Shown here piece after piece: positions 9,201 through 19,067 of a DNA stretch of 64,000 nt (its first letter is position 1; every line of letters starts with the position of its first letter). Location: positions 36,185 through 100,184 of the forward strand of contig CAUJHG010000045.1 in NCBI GenBank assembly GCA_963204785.1, written 5' to 3'. The position numbers and the translations under genes were made by a program. The stretch is from Pseudomonadota bacterium (GTDB lineage: Bacteria > Pseudomonadota > Gammaproteobacteria > Burkholderiales > Burkholderiaceae_E). The notes under the pieces are model-generated. The model saw nothing but the letters and a program-made list of their open reading frames with translations. It searched no databases and was not told the origin of the DNA.

Positions 9201-12200
9201 CGTCCGGCGTCTGAGCGTCGGCCTGGCCCGGCGCCTCGGGCGGATGCGGGTCGCGCGCCGAGCCGAGGAAGGCCGTCTGCCCGGTCTCGCCGCGAAAGAG
9301 CCGGGTCGAGGCCAGCAGCGCGAGCTGCCCCGAGAGCTTCTCGTCGATGCGCAGGCCGGCGCTCGACAGGTGCTCGTCCAGGTAGTGCCCGAAGAGCACG
9401 GGGAAGCGCGCGTACTCGAGGTTGCCGTGCACCACGCCCACGCTCAGCGGCCGGGCCTCGGGTCTCGGGCGGGTCATCGGCAGGTGTCCGGAGACGATCG
9501 CCGCGCCGATCCGGGCCGGCGCCAGCGCGGCGAGGCGCGCGATCTGCTCGCCTTCCACCGCCTGGCCGGTGCGCCTGCGTTCGCCCGCGCGCGTGCGGCG
9601 ATGCGCCGCCAGCGTCGGGATCCGGCCGGTGGCCCCGGTGCTCAGCAGCTCCGCGTAGGCGTCGAAGACGTGGGGGGCGTCGGCGAGGTCGCCGTGCGCC
9701 ACCGGCGCCACCCAGGTGCGCGTCGCGTCGATCACCCCGGAGTCGTAGCTGACCCGGCCGTCGCCCTCGCTGCTGTACTCGAAGACGATGCGCGCGGTGT
9801 TGGCCGAGCCGAAGGGCCCTTCGCCGGGCCCCGCAGGCGCGTCGTCGAGCTCGAGCAGCCGCACCGGCGTCTCGTCGGCCACCCCGGCGACGTACACGCC
9901 GCGGAGGTCTTCCGACAGCTGCCTGAGCTCCAGCGCGAGCAGCTGCGGATCGGCGACGCGGCGCGCGGCCTCGAGCAGCGCCTGCGACGGGATCGCCACG
10001 CGGTCGTCGGCCTGGCGCACCGCGCGCCAGGTCTGCTCGTCCCACAGCGAGCCGCGGTTGCAGCACTGCTTCGACCAGTCGCCCGCGGGCAGCAGCTCGA
10101 GCAGGCCCTGGAAGCCCGCGGCGATCCCGGCGATCTGCCGGTAGCTGGTGCAGGCGTCGATCAGGGCGATGCCCCCGACGAAGAGGTCGCGCGTGGTGAG
10201 CACCGCGGCCGGCGCGAGCGAACCCCGGTTCGGGACACCCAGCATCAGCAGGCGCCCGCCCGCCGCGGCGAAGCGCTCGCGCAGCGCCTGCCCCTGCGGG
10301 CCGCGCAGCGCCACCCGCAGCGCGATCCCGCCCATCGAGTGGGCCACCAGGTGCACCGGCGTGCGCCAGCGCTCGGCGAGCGCGAGCGCGCGGTCCAGGC
10401 TCGAGCGGATGGCCGGCGCCGCCGCCTCCAGCGAGCCGCGCCAGTCGAAGGGCAGCGCGACCGGGTGGAATCGCTTGCCCTTGTCCAGGTAGGCGAGCAG
10501 CCGCGCGTAGCTGGCCGGCAGCACGCCGGTGGCGACGGCCGGCGCCGCCGCGTCGGCGGCGAGCGCGCGGATCCCGCCCCAGGCCATGCGTCCGAGCTCG
10601 AACCAGGTCGGCCGCTCCTCGCCTTCGATCGACAGTTCGCTGCCCATGATTCCCGGCAGCACGAGGACCAGCGGGCGTGGGTCCTTGCCGGCGACCTCGG
10701 CAAGCCTTGCCGCGGGCGGCTTGCGGCAGATCTCGATGCCCGCCGCGGGGGCGCGCATGCCGTCGGCGTGGACATCGATGCGCTGGAAGCGGGTGTCGTT
10801 GCCGGCCAGCGCGCAGTCCAGCTGCGTCGCCGACTCGGCGTTGCGGAAGTAGCCGAAGTGCGAGACGGTCGCGCCGCGCACCGGGAAGTTCCAGGCCGGG
10901 CCCGATCGGGGCGTGCCGGCGGTCATCGCCGCGGTCTGGACGACGAAGTCGTTCGCCTCCAGGTAGAAGGCATTGCTCAGGATCACCGCGAGCGCGTGCA
11001 GCGGGCGCTGCAGGCTCGCGTCCGCGTTGCCGGAGATCGCGTGGAGATCCGCCCCGGTGCGCGCCGTGGGATCGTTCAGCACCCGCGTGAGCATCGACCC
11101 CGGCATCTGGGCCTCGAGCCCCGGCAGGATGCGCGGGTCTGCGCGCGTGACCGCGACCTGCTTGACGAACTGGTCGATCCCCTCGGCCAGCGGATTGCCG
11201 GCCAGGCCGGTGCCCCAGCGCAGCGCGAGGCTGATCGCGCCCAGGTAGCGATCGAGCCGCTCGCTGGCCAGCAGGGTTCCGCGCGCGGGACAGGCCACGC
11301 GCACGAAGCGGCGCAGCCTGATCGCCTTGCGCGCGAGCAGCGCGTCGAGCTCGCGCAGCGCCTGCGCGTCGGGGTGGCCGGCCTGGTCGAAGGCGTCGAG
11401 CGCGCGCGGCTCGAAGGCGGGCCAGCCTTGTCCGTTCGCGTCCGGCTGCCCGCGCGCGAGCAGCTCGCCCACCAGTCCGCCGCGCGAGTGCGACACCAGG
11501 TCCACGGTCGCACCGTCGGGCAGGCACCTGAGCAGCCCCAGCGCGTTGCGCACGGGGCTGGCCGTGAGCGTGCGGTGCTCCCAGCCGAGGACCTGCCCGT
11601 ACTCCCGCCCCAGCCTGCGCACGATCGCCGGGTGTTCGCGCCACAGCTCCGCGAAGCTGCCGCGGGTGCTCGACGCGGTGCCATGGACGAAGACGAGCAG
11701 CGGGCTCACCGGCTGCGCTGCGGATCCAGCCACCTCGCCCGGAGCCAGGCAGCGCTCGACCTCGAAGGCCGCGCCGTCGGTGCGCAGCACGAGCATGCCT
11801 TCGCGCTCGGCGGGATCCCCATCGAAGCGGAACTCGAGCGTCGCGTGCTCGCGCCAGCGGCAGATCCCCCACGCGGCCAGGCTCGCGCCCAGGCCGATCG
11901 CGAGCCTGCGCGCGTAGTCCTTCCAGGCCATCAGCTCGCCCGGTTCCAGGTGCTCCCAGAGCGCGTCGACCCCTGCGGGAAGCGTCACCCGCTCGACGCC
12001 GAAGAGCGCGAGCACCGACTCCCGGCTCCCACCGCGCGCGCCCTCGGCCTCCAGCGGGATCGCATCGGGGACGACGAAGCTCTCCGGCGCACCGTCCGCG
12101 GCGCGCGTGGCCGTGCGCGCCAATCGCGCGCGGAACACGCCCACGGTCATGAAGGCGGTCGAACCGTCCTCGAGCGTCAGGGTGGCGACGTCGTCGTCCC

Positions 12201-12339
12201 GAACGGCCCCGGGCCCCGTGAGCGAGACCGTCAGCGGCGGCTGCGCGCGAGTGCGCCGCGGCGACTGCGCGGCGAGCACCGGCTCGATGCGGACCGCGGC
12301 CTGCAGGGCCGCGAGATCGGGGGGCTGGGCTGGGTTCAT
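6265..12339 (-). CDS. 2024-aa multidomain protein: 2x alpha/beta-hydrolase (lipase/LCAT-like) + macro-like + CHAT caspase-like protease + TPR-like tail
   Basis: VHGTASS/VSHSRGG/NDFVV/SHFGY; LPGIMGS/AHSMGG/GDGRV/AHGDL; CHAT dyad HVAGHG and FVNCCH, WGAYQCYGDP; ATG 12339 with AGGAG RBS. Confidence 0.85.
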   Translation of the reverse strand: MNPAQPPDLAALQAAVRIEPVLAAQSPRRTRAQPPLTVSLTGPGAVRDDDVATLTLEDGSTAFMTVGVFRARLARTATRAADGAPESFVVPDAIPLEAEGARGGSRESVLALFGVERVTLPAGVDALWEHLEPGELMAWKDYARRLAIGLGASLAAWGICRWREHATLEFRFDGDPAEREGMLVLRTDGAAFEVERCLAPGEVAGSAAQPVSPLLVFVHGTASSTRGSFAELWREHPAIVRRLGREYGQVLGWEHRTLTASPVRNALGLLRCLPDGATVDLVSHSRGGLVGELLARGQPDANGQGWPAFEPRALDAFDQAGHPDAQALRELDALLARKAIRLRRFVRVACPARGTLLASERLDRYLGAISLALRWGTGLAGNPLAEGIDQFVKQVAVTRADPRILPGLEAQMPGSMLTRVLNDPTARTGADLHAISGNADASLQRPLHALAVILSNAFYLEANDFVVQTAAMTAGTPRSGPAWNFPVRGATVSHFGYFRNAESATQLDCALAGNDTRFQRIDVHADGMRAPAAGIEICRKPPAARLAEVAGKDPRPLVLVLPGIMGSELSIEGEERPTWFELGRMAWGGIRALAADAAAPAVATGVLPASYARLLAYLDKGKRFHPVALPFDWRGSLEAAAPAIRSSLDRALALAERWRTPVHLVAHSMGGIALRVALRGPQGQALRERFAAAGGRLLMLGVPNRGSLAPAAVLTTRDLFVGGIALIDACTSYRQIAGIAAGFQGLLELLPAGDWSKQCCNRGSLWDEQTWRAVRQADDRVAIPSQALLEAARRVADPQLLALELRQLSEDLRGVYVAGVADETPVRLLELDDAPAGPGEGPFGSANTARIVFEYSSEGDGRVSYDSGVIDATRTWVAPVAHGDLADAPHVFDAYAELLSTGATGRIPTLAAHRRTRAGERRRTGQAVEGEQIARLAALAPARIGAAIVSGHLPMTRPRPEARPLSVGVVHGNLEYARFPVLFGHYLDEHLSSAGLRIDEKLSGQLALLASTRLFRGETGQTAFLGSARDPHPPEAPGQADAQTPDAGAEQGARTGPEYPAGLRFGGAVALGLGRWGELTSEKLTKAVQRAVLRMAVDRSHYSARIPGQPLQLRLSSLLIGTGTRSISVRESVAAIVRGVRYAADQLVEQGLDERVGIAQLEFVELYEDSAHEAAHALNALLEAAAFEGWLRPATGERFEVEPRAGGRRRLFWEPDSAVFQRLSFARDRDGAVTVRYVSDRARSEQFSIEVASALVQGLVERAAASADPDVGALLYELLLPTSLKERFADFRDTELELDDDMSAIPWEVLCDSIGPADGFTRAEPLSVRAALIRRRVRSDGGGAARLAGGFQALVIGDPSLQGTAGFAQLPAAAREATEVAALLEASGFGATLLERPTASRVFSAILTGRHSVLHVAGHGTLEAEADADGEGRGVRAGIVLSDDARFTADDVGRIRRVPDLVFVNCCHLGRDAGGAGPGPAAAAAPIAGGPKAATFAASVGTRFIDLGARAVVVAGWTVNDQEAAQFARVFYQQMLAGECLARAVHAARAAVYRNNPRGLTWGAYQCYGDPEFRLQVRTAREPARAYVSARELAQEIRNRAANVTARTAQEDRRQVDRALAAGARMGWDAAPEVLAAHGVFLALSGESAAAIARLDQVLAEAPQLVDFETLEIYASLIVRRALAQPGRLDAAQAQAAIQRAKTVFDRIVALRTEAGVAPAGAGRAHAGARSDRATAAIELFRGSIALRATRIHLRCADRPQARAQLREALGFYGRALQLLQRRALEREAGGLAMRAHDGLASTPPASDRRLESDQAYALAAGLLSGVFLRVLSAGARSSARAKAGRAHGAADAIEGAHAVDRAARAAGIEAEPSIDGSELAVVAGQDLGGPLGLGALLAWLDAEAARLIEQLQRPDYVLNDFWDRSALAELRLSRAAFRPPPATRSAHGQPEASRLSPLAREIEESYREAIGCEPNLFEIDSIRHRFELVIAICAHAPAGSAASAFGAQIERVYQNLDADLAGR

Positions 12340-12522
12340 CGTCGACTCCTGGATCGCGGCCTGCGCGTCGCGTCGCTGCTGCCGCCGCAAACCGGAACGC
12401 GCGCACGCGCCTGCCCACGATCTGCAGCCGGATCGGCCTATTCTGCAAGGATGACGCCAGCGAGGCCACCAGGTCGGCGCGTTCCCCCGGCTGGCGTCAT
12501 GTCACGAAAGGAGAGCCCGCCG

Positions 12523-13518
12523 ATGAAGACCCCGCTGTGCACCCTGCTCGGGATCGAGCTGCCGATCATCCAGGCCGCGATGGGCGGCGCGAGCAACCCG
12601 CAACTGGCCGCCGCGGTGAGCAACGCGGGCGGGCTCGGGATGCTGGCGCTGTCCTGGGGCCCTGCCGAAGGCGTGCGCGCGGCGATCCGCGCCACCCGGG
12701 AGCGCACCGACCGGCCCTTCGGCGTGAACCTGATCCTCGACTGGCCCCAGGAGGAGCGCCTCGCGGTGTGCCTCGAGGAGCGCGTGCCGGTCGTGTCCTT
12801 CTTCTGGGGAGACCCGGGAACGATGATCGATCGGGTCCACGAGGCAGGCCTGCTGGCCGCCTGCACCGTGGGCAGCGCTGCGCAGGCGAGGCAGGCGGTC
12901 GCTGCCGGGGCGGACCTGATCGTCGCGCAGGGCTGGGAGGCGGGCGGCCACGTCTACGGCCAGGTCGGCGCCCTGCCGCTGGTGCGCTCGGTGGTGCAGG
13001 CGGTGGCGCCCACGCCGGTGGTGGCCGCCGGCGGGATCGCCGACGGGCGCGGACTGGCCGCGGCGCTGGCGCTGGGTGCGGCGGGCGCCTGGATCGGCAC
13101 CCGCTTCCTGGCCACGCCCGAGGCTACGGTCCACGACGAGTACAAGGAGCGGGTGCTGGCGGCGCGCGAGACCGACACCGTGCACACCGAGCTCTTCGAC
13201 ATCGGCTGGCCCGATGCCCCGCACCGGGTGCTGCGCAACTCCACCTACGACGCCTGGGAGGCCGCGGGACGCCCGCCGCGCGGGCAGCGCCCCGGCGAGG
13301 GGGAAGTGCTGGCGCAGAGCCCGCGGCATCCGATGCCGCGCTACGGCGCATCCACCCCCGGCCCGGGCGCGCAGGGCGACATCGAGGCGCTGTCGCTGTG
13401 GGCGGGCCAGAGCGTCGCCCAGGTCGACCGCATCGTGCCCGCCGCGGAGGTGGTGCGCACGATCGCAGCCGAAGCGCGCGAGGCGATCGAGGTGATCGCC
13501 GCCCTCGCACGCGCCTGA
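12523..13518 (+). CDS. Nitronate monooxygenase (NPD) family protein
   Basis: PIIQAAMGG, AQGWEAGGH, VVAAGGIADGRG, AWIGTRF, WAGQ; RBS AAGGAG. Confidence 0.9.
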   Translation: MKTPLCTLLGIELPIIQAAMGGASNPQLAAAVSNAGGLGMLALSWGPAEGVRAAIRATRERTDRPFGVNLILDWPQEERLAVCLEERVPVVSFFWGDPGTMIDRVHEAGLLAACTVGSAAQARQAVAAGADLIVAQGWEAGGHVYGQVGALPLVRSVVQAVAPTPVVAAGGIADGRGLAAALALGAAGAWIGTRFLATPEATVHDEYKERVLAARETDTVHTELFDIGWPDAPHRVLRNSTYDAWEAAGRPPRGQRPGEGEVLAQSPRHPMPRYGASTPGPGAQGDIEALSLWAGQSVAQVDRIVPAAEVVRTIAAEAREAIEVIAALARA

Positions 13519-13626
13519 GCGAAGCGGCGCGACCGTGCGTGTCCCCTGCCCCGCGATCCGGCCCCGCGCGCGCGCCAGGCCGGGCGTGGCGGCGCGCCGC
13601 AGGCCGCAGCGCTGCGGCGCCGGCCG

Positions 13627-15027
13627 ATGAGCGAGACCGCGGCCACAGCGCCGCCGGCCGCAGCGCCGGTGCGCCGGGTGCTGGTCTTCACGATCGTTGC
13701 CTTCGCGCTGATGATGATGTCGATCGACTCGACCATCGTCGCCACTGCGCTGCCCACGCTGGAACGCGACCTGGACGCCCCGATCAACTGGGCGGGCTGG
13801 ACGATCACCGCGTACTCGTTCGGCTTCGTGACCATGCTGCCGCTCAGCGGCAAGCTGTGCGAGCGTCACGGGCGGCGCAGGGTCTTCCTCGCCTCCGTGG
13901 CCGTCTTCAGCGCCGCCTCGCTGCTGTGCGGCCTTGCCGACGACATCCGGGTGCTGATCGCGCTGCGCGTGCTCCAGGCGGCCGGGGGCGCCGGCTTCAC
14001 GCCGTCGGCCACCGGCATCATCGTCGAGCACTTCGGCGCCGAGCGCGACCGCGCGGTGAGCCTGTTCGGCAGCATCTTCCCGGCGGGCGCGATGATCGGG
14101 CCGATCTTCGGCGGCATGTTCGTCACCTGGTGGAGCTGGCGCGGGATCTTCTGGATCAACGTGCCGATCGGCGCGCTGGTGCTCGCACTGACGCTGCGCT
14201 ACGTCCCGCGCGACCGCCCGGGTCCTGCACAGGCGCGCCGCGGCGCCGACCTCACCGGCATGGCGCTGCTGGGCGCCGGGCTGTTCGCAGCGATGCTCGG
14301 CGCGACGCTGCTGGGGGAGTGGCACCTGTACGCATCGCCGCTGGTGGCCGCGCTGCCGCTGACGGCTGCGCTCGCGGCGCTGTGGGGGTTCTTCCGTCAC
14401 GTGCGCCGGGCGCCGGATCCCTTCATCGCGCCGCAGCTGATCCACGGCCCCGGCTTCGGCACCGTGAACCTGATCAACGGGCTGTTCAGCGGAATTCCGT
14501 TCGGGGTGGTTGCGCTGATGCCGCTGTACGCGGCCAACCGCTACGGCATCGGTGCGCTGCAGGCGGGCACGCTGCTGGTGGCGCAGGGCGCGGCCGCGAT
14601 CGTCTTCTCGGCCGCAGCCGCGCTCGTGCTGCGACGCACCGGCTACCGGGCGCCGCTGTACCTCGGGGTGCTGGTCGCCGCCGCCGGAATCGGGCTGCTC
14701 GCGCTCGGGTCGCCGGACGGGATCGACCCCTGGCGCTGGCTGGCCGGATCGGCCTTCCTCGTGGGGACGGGCAACGGGGTGCTGAACCCTGCCAGCCGCA
14801 ACGCAGGGCTGCAGCTCGCGCCCGAGCACGCGTCGACGCTCGCGGCGCTGCGCTCGATGTGCATGCAGATCGGCTCGATCTTCACGATCTCGGTCGCCAC
14901 CGCGATCCTCGCCGGCGCCGGCGCCCCGGGCACGGCTCAGGCCTGGTTCTACGCGGGCGCGGCGCTGGCGCTGCTGGCCGCGCTGCCGCTGATCGCGCGG
15001 GTGCCGGAGCACCGCGGCGCGTGGTGA
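13627..15027 (+). CDS. MFS transporter, DHA2 (EmrB/QacA-like)
   Basis: IDSTIVATALP, GKLCERHGRRR, RVLQAAGGA, IFWINVPIG; about 14 hydrophobic segments. Confidence 0.88.
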   Translation: MSETAATAPPAAAPVRRVLVFTIVAFALMMMSIDSTIVATALPTLERDLDAPINWAGWTITAYSFGFVTMLPLSGKLCERHGRRRVFLASVAVFSAASLLCGLADDIRVLIALRVLQAAGGAGFTPSATGIIVEHFGAERDRAVSLFGSIFPAGAMIGPIFGGMFVTWWSWRGIFWINVPIGALVLALTLRYVPRDRPGPAQARRGADLTGMALLGAGLFAAMLGATLLGEWHLYASPLVAALPLTAALAALWGFFRHVRRAPDPFIAPQLIHGPGFGTVNLINGLFSGIPFGVVALMPLYAANRYGIGALQAGTLLVAQGAAAIVFSAAAALVLRRTGYRAPLYLGVLVAAAGIGLLALGSPDGIDPWRWLAGSAFLVGTGNGVLNPASRNAGLQLAPEHASTLAALRSMCMQIGSIFTISVATAILAGAGAPGTAQAWFYAGAALALLAALPLIARVPEHRGAW

Positions 15028-15034
15028 GCAGGCT

Positions 15035-15802
15035 TCAGCCCTGCAGCGAGCGCCTGCGCAGCCGCCGCATGCCCCCCAGCCAGCGGTCGATGTCGTCGCC
15101 CTTGCGGCGCACGTATTCCTCGACCTCCGGGTGGGGCAGGACGTGGAAGCGCTCCTCGCGGATCGCTTCCACGACCGTGCGGGCGAGCTGCTCGGGCTCG
15201 ATGATCCCGTCGGTCTGCCCGTCGCCGAGCTGGCGCGGGGCCATCGCGGTGTTCACCCCCTGCGGACAGAGCACCGACACCCTGATTCCGTCGTCGCCGT
15301 GGGTGATCGACAGGAACTCGGCGAGCTTGACCGCAGCCGCCTTGGTCACGGTGTAGGGGCCGGTGCCCAGCGCGGCGAGCAGGCCTGCGGCCGACGCGGT
15401 GTTCAGCAGGTAGCCCGAACCGCGTTCGATCATCGAGGGCAGCACCGCGCGGGCCGCGTACAGGTGGGCCATCACGTGCAGCTCCCACTGCTTCTGCCAG
15501 ACCTCGTTGGCGGCGTCGGTGAGCACCCCCGGTCCGCCGGCGCCGGCGTTCGAGCAGAACAGGTCGATCGGGCCGTATCTCTCCACCGTCGCGCGCACCA
15601 GCGCCTGGATCTGCGCCTCGTCGGTGACGTCGCAGGCCATGCCGTCGCAGCCGATCGCCGCGGCCGCTGCGCGCACCTTCGCCTCGTCCAGGTCGGCGAG
15701 CATCACCGCCTTCGCGCCCTCCGCCAGGAAGGCGCGCGCCATCGCCTGCCCGATCCCGCCGCTGCCCCCGGTGATCACCACCACCTTGTTTCTGAGCTCC
15801 AC
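15035..15802 (-). CDS. Short-chain dehydrogenase/reductase
   Basis: TGGSGGIG, SNAG, YTVTK; GTG start at 15802 with GAGGAG RBS. Confidence 0.9.
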   Translation of the reverse strand: MELRNKVVVITGGSGGIGQAMARAFLAEGAKAVMLADLDEAKVRAAAAAIGCDGMACDVTDEAQIQALVRATVERYGPIDLFCSNAGAGGPGVLTDAANEVWQKQWELHVMAHLYAARAVLPSMIERGSGYLLNTASAAGLLAALGTGPYTVTKAAAVKLAEFLSITHGDDGIRVSVLCPQGVNTAMAPRQLGDGQTDGIIEPEQLARTVVEAIREERFHVLPHPEVEEYVRRKGDDIDRWLGGMRRLRRRSLQG

Positions 15803-16127
15803 CTGCGCACTCCTCGATCGGCTCCTCGCCGCTTGCGTTGGATGGATCGCGCCTCGGCCGCTCGCCGGCCGGGCCGATGCCTGCTGCGTCCCCCGGGTCC
15901 GTCCCGGGGCCTGCGCGCGCCGGCGACTCGGCGCTGGCACACCTGTCGACGATGCCCGAGCCCGACCGATTGCACACGACGCGGATCGAAGAACCGGAAC
16001 GGGCGTGCGCGGGGGGGCCTGGCTGCGCGTGATCCGGCGGGCACGGGTCGATCGACCGCCCCAGGACTCCGTCCCCCGCCGCGACGCCCGACTCCTCGTC
16101 GCAGCGGGTGGGGTGGCACAGGATGTC

Positions 16128-17369
16128 TCAGGCGGCCTGGGGCCGTCCCGCCAGCCGCAGCGCCGCGACGCCGGCGATCGACACCGCACCGATGACCAGG
16201 TAGCCGGGAAGGTAGCTTCCCGAGTGCTGGTGGAGCAGGCCCATGACCCCCGGGCCGATCATCACGCCGGGCACGCCCCATACCCGGGACATTCCGTAGA
16301 GCCGCGCGTAGATCCCGACTCCGTAGGCCTCGGCGAGCACCAGCGACTGCACGGTCACGAAGTTGCCCAGCGTGCTGCCGTAGGCAACGATGCACAGCAG
16401 CAGCCAGGCGGGGTGGTCGACGAAGCCGCAGCCCCACAGCGCCAGTCCCTGCACGATCAGCAGCAGCGCCATGAAGCGCCGGTTGCCGATGCGCGCCATC
16501 AGCCAGACCGCCGGGAAGCGGGCCAGCACGCTGCTGGCGGCCATCGCCGAGATCGCAGCGCTGGCAAAGGCGGTGCTCATCCCGTGGCCCATCATCAGGT
16601 TGAACAGATGGGTCTGGCCGCCGAAGTGGGCGGACATCCCCAGCATGAAGGCGAGGCTCGCGCCACGGAAGAAGCGGGTGCGCACCGCCCGGCGGTAGGC
16701 AGCGTCGGAGCGGTCCTCGGCGCTCGCCGCCGCTGCGCCAGGCCCAGGCACCTTGCCATCGGGCGCGAGCCCGAGTTCGGCAGGCCAGGAGCGCAGCACC
16801 CCCCAGATCAGCGGCAAGGTCACCGCGGCCAGCAGCGCAGCGATCCACGGGCTGGCCCGGTCCAGGCCGATCTCCCCGACCAGCAGCGCCACCGGAGGCA
16901 CCAGCACCACCGCCCCGAACGAGTTCCCGGTCGACGCGATCGACAGCGCCGCCGAGCGCCGCTCGCTGAACCAGCGCGTCACCAGGGTCGTGCACGGGAT
17001 CAGCGCGCCGGTCCCGAAGCCGACTCCGAGGACCGCGTAGAACAGGTACAGCGCCGCGACGCTGCGCACCAGCGGCAGCGACAGGAAGGCGCCGATCATC
17101 AGCACGCACCCTGCGCTCATCACCAGGCGCACGTCGTGGCGATCGAGCAGACGTCCGACCACGAGCCCGACGACTCCGCCCGCAGCCGAGAAGGCCCCCG
17201 ACGCGAAGGACACCTGCCCGAGCGAAAACCTGCCTTCGTCGACGAAGGCGTGCAGGTACACCGACAGCCCGTAGACCGTGAGCCCGGACACCACGGTGAG
17301 CACGACGAACACCGCGGCGACGAGGTACCAGCCGTAGAAGACCCTGCTGCGAGGCTGCCCGCCGCTCAT
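16128..17369 (-). CDS. MFS transporter (OFA/monocarboxylate-like)
   Basis: FYGWYLVAA, GRLLDRHDVR, RWFSERRSAALS; about 12 TM segments; alternative start at 17426. Confidence 0.82.
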   Translation of the reverse strand: MSGGQPRSRVFYGWYLVAAVFVVLTVVSGLTVYGLSVYLHAFVDEGRFSLGQVSFASGAFSAAGGVVGLVVGRLLDRHDVRLVMSAGCVLMIGAFLSLPLVRSVAALYLFYAVLGVGFGTGALIPCTTLVTRWFSERRSAALSIASTGNSFGAVVLVPPVALLVGEIGLDRASPWIAALLAAVTLPLIWGVLRSWPAELGLAPDGKVPGPGAAAASAEDRSDAAYRRAVRTRFFRGASLAFMLGMSAHFGGQTHLFNLMMGHGMSTAFASAAISAMAASSVLARFPAVWLMARIGNRRFMALLLIVQGLALWGCGFVDHPAWLLLCIVAYGSTLGNFVTVQSLVLAEAYGVGIYARLYGMSRVWGVPGVMIGPGVMGLLHQHSGSYLPGYLVIGAVSIAGVAALRLAGRPQAA

Positions 17370-17439
17370 CGGCGCGGCCTCGCCCGGTCGGCCCGCGTCT
17401 GCCCGCACGCGCGCCGCCTGGGCCACCGGCGCATCGCGC

Positions 17440-17913
17440 TCACTGCGGGCCGGCCAGTCCGTAGTACTCGAGCACCGCCCGGTCGCGCAGCGGTCCCGGC
17501 TCGAAGACCTCGAGCAGCACGCCGTCCGGAGCCTCGACCATGAAGTAGCCGGCGCCGTCGTACTCGCGCAGCTCGCTGCGCTCGCACAGCCCCGCCGCCT
17601 TCATCCGCTCGTAGAAGTCGCGCAGCCCGACCACCTGGATGCCGAGGTGGTGGACCGCATTCGGCCCCTGCCCCCGCGGCGGCTTCTCGTACAGGTGCAT
17701 CGCACCGTTGCCGATCTTCATGAAGACGTTGCGCGTGCCCGCGTAGGGGCCGTCGTGCACCACCTCGGCGCCGAACCAGCGCCGGTAGAACCCGATCGTC
17801 GCCTGCAGGTCGGAGCACATCAGGTGCGGGTGGTGCAGGTGCGCGCGCGCCGTGCTGCCGTAGGCGTAGCGCAGCGGCGCTTGCGCTGCGCCGGGGGCGT
17901 CTTGCTTGCTCAT
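17440..17913 (-). CDS. VOC (glyoxalase-like) family protein
   Basis: [32 protein letters not shown]. Confidence 0.82.
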   Translation of the reverse strand: MSKQDAPGAAQAPLRYAYGSTARAHLHHPHLMCSDLQATIGFYRRWFGAEVVHDGPYAGTRNVFMKIGNGAMHLYEKPPRGQGPNAVHHLGIQVVGLRDFYERMKAAGLCERSELREYDGAGYFMVEAPDGVLLEVFEPGPLRDRAVLEYYGLAGPQ

Positions 17914-18158
17914 CGTGGCTCCTGTCGCGCCTCGGGCGCATGGGCTTGGGTCGGCTGTCGGGTCGGCGCGCAGCAGGGCGAGGGCTGCCTGCAGGTCATC
18001 CGGCGGCCCGGTCGGCGCCCGCCCGGCATCGCCCGCCGACCTCCGGGGACTGGTCCGCCCGGACACGGCATCGTACCCTCGACTTCCGGTCCCGCGATCC
18101 GCCGACCCGGGAGTCCGGACCGGCCCACATCGACCCGCCACCCTCGAAAGGAAGCACC

Positions 18159-19067
18159 ATGCCCGAATTCACCACCGTCAGGATCCACGCGGATCCGCAG
18201 GCGCCCGCGATCGCGCGGCTCGTGCTCAACCGTCCGGAGCGCCTGAACGCGATCAACGGCGCGATGCCGGGCGAGATCCGTGCCGCAGTCGACTGGGCCA
18301 ACGCGCAGGACAGCATCCACGTGATCGTGGTCGAGGGCGCCGGCAAGGGCTTCTGCGGCGGCTACGACCTGAGCGAGACCGCCGAGAAGCATGTCGAGCA
18401 CCCCTGCCAGCAGGAGTCCTACCCCTGGGACCCGATGGTCGACTACGCCTACATGAAGCGCAACACCGAGGACTTCATGAGCCTGTGGCGCAGCCCGAAG
18501 CCGACGATCGCGAAGATCCACGGCGCCGCGGTGGCCGGGGGCAGCGACATCGCGATGTGCTGCGACCAGCTCGTGATGGCCGAGGACGCCCGCATCGGCT
18601 ACATGCCCACGCGGGTCTGGGGCTGCCCGACCACCGCGATGTGGACCTACCGGCTGGGCCCGCTGCGGGCCAAGCAGCTGATGTTCACCGGCGACGTGAT
18701 CAGCGGGAAGACGGCGGCCGAGTGGGGACTGGCGAACTTCGCCGTGCCGCTCGAGGAGCTCGAGGCGCGCACGATGGCCTTCGCGACGCGCATCGCAGCG
18801 GTGCCGCGCGGCCACCTCGCGATGCACAAGCTCGTGGTCAACCAGGTGCTGCTCACCATGGGCCTCGAGCAGACGCAGATGCTGGCCACGGTGTTCGACG
18901 GGATCACCCGGCACAATCCGGAAGGCCTGTGGTTCCGCAGGTTTGCCCAGGAGTCCGGCTTCAAGGCGGCGGTCGAGTGGCGCGACAGCGGCCGACCGAT
19001 CCCCGAGGGCGACGAGGCGCGGGCGCTGATCCGCGAGATCGACGCGCGGCGCGGCTCCGGGTCCTGA
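18159..19067 (+). CDS. Crotonase/enoyl-CoA hydratase family protein
   Basis: [32 protein letters not shown]; RBS AAGGAAG before ATG 18159. Confidence 0.88.
   Translation: MPEFTTVRIHADPQAPAIARLVLNRPERLNAINGAMPGEIRAAVDWANAQDSIHVIVVEGAGKGFCGGYDLSETAEKHVEHPCQQESYPWDPMVDYAYMKRNTEDFMSLWRSPKPTIAKIHGAAVAGGSDIAMCCDQLVMAEDARIGYMPTRVWGCPTTAMWTYRLGPLRAKQLMFTGDVISGKTAAEWGLANFAVPLEELEARTMAFATRIAAVPRGHLAMHKLVVNQVLLTMGLEQTQMLATVFDGITRHNPEGLWFRRFAQESGFKAAVEWRDSGRPIPEGDEARALIREIDARRGSGS

Noticed and set aside
4409-12400. Integrated IMEX or prophage at dif bounded by a second dif-like site
   Set aside because: No second dif-like sequence, integrase, rep, relaxase or phage gene was seen in the window, and the CHAT gene looks host-like in GC.
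6766-13518. 2250-aa plus-strand ORF and other very long Arg/Ala/Pro-rich ORFs (e.g. 7016-12469, 17910-20609, 24133-27558, 28197-31415, 34030-36933)
   Set aside because: Shadow ORFs antisense or out-of-frame to well-supported genes, as expected at very high GC. They show no motifs of their own, except where their ends coincide with real genes already listed.
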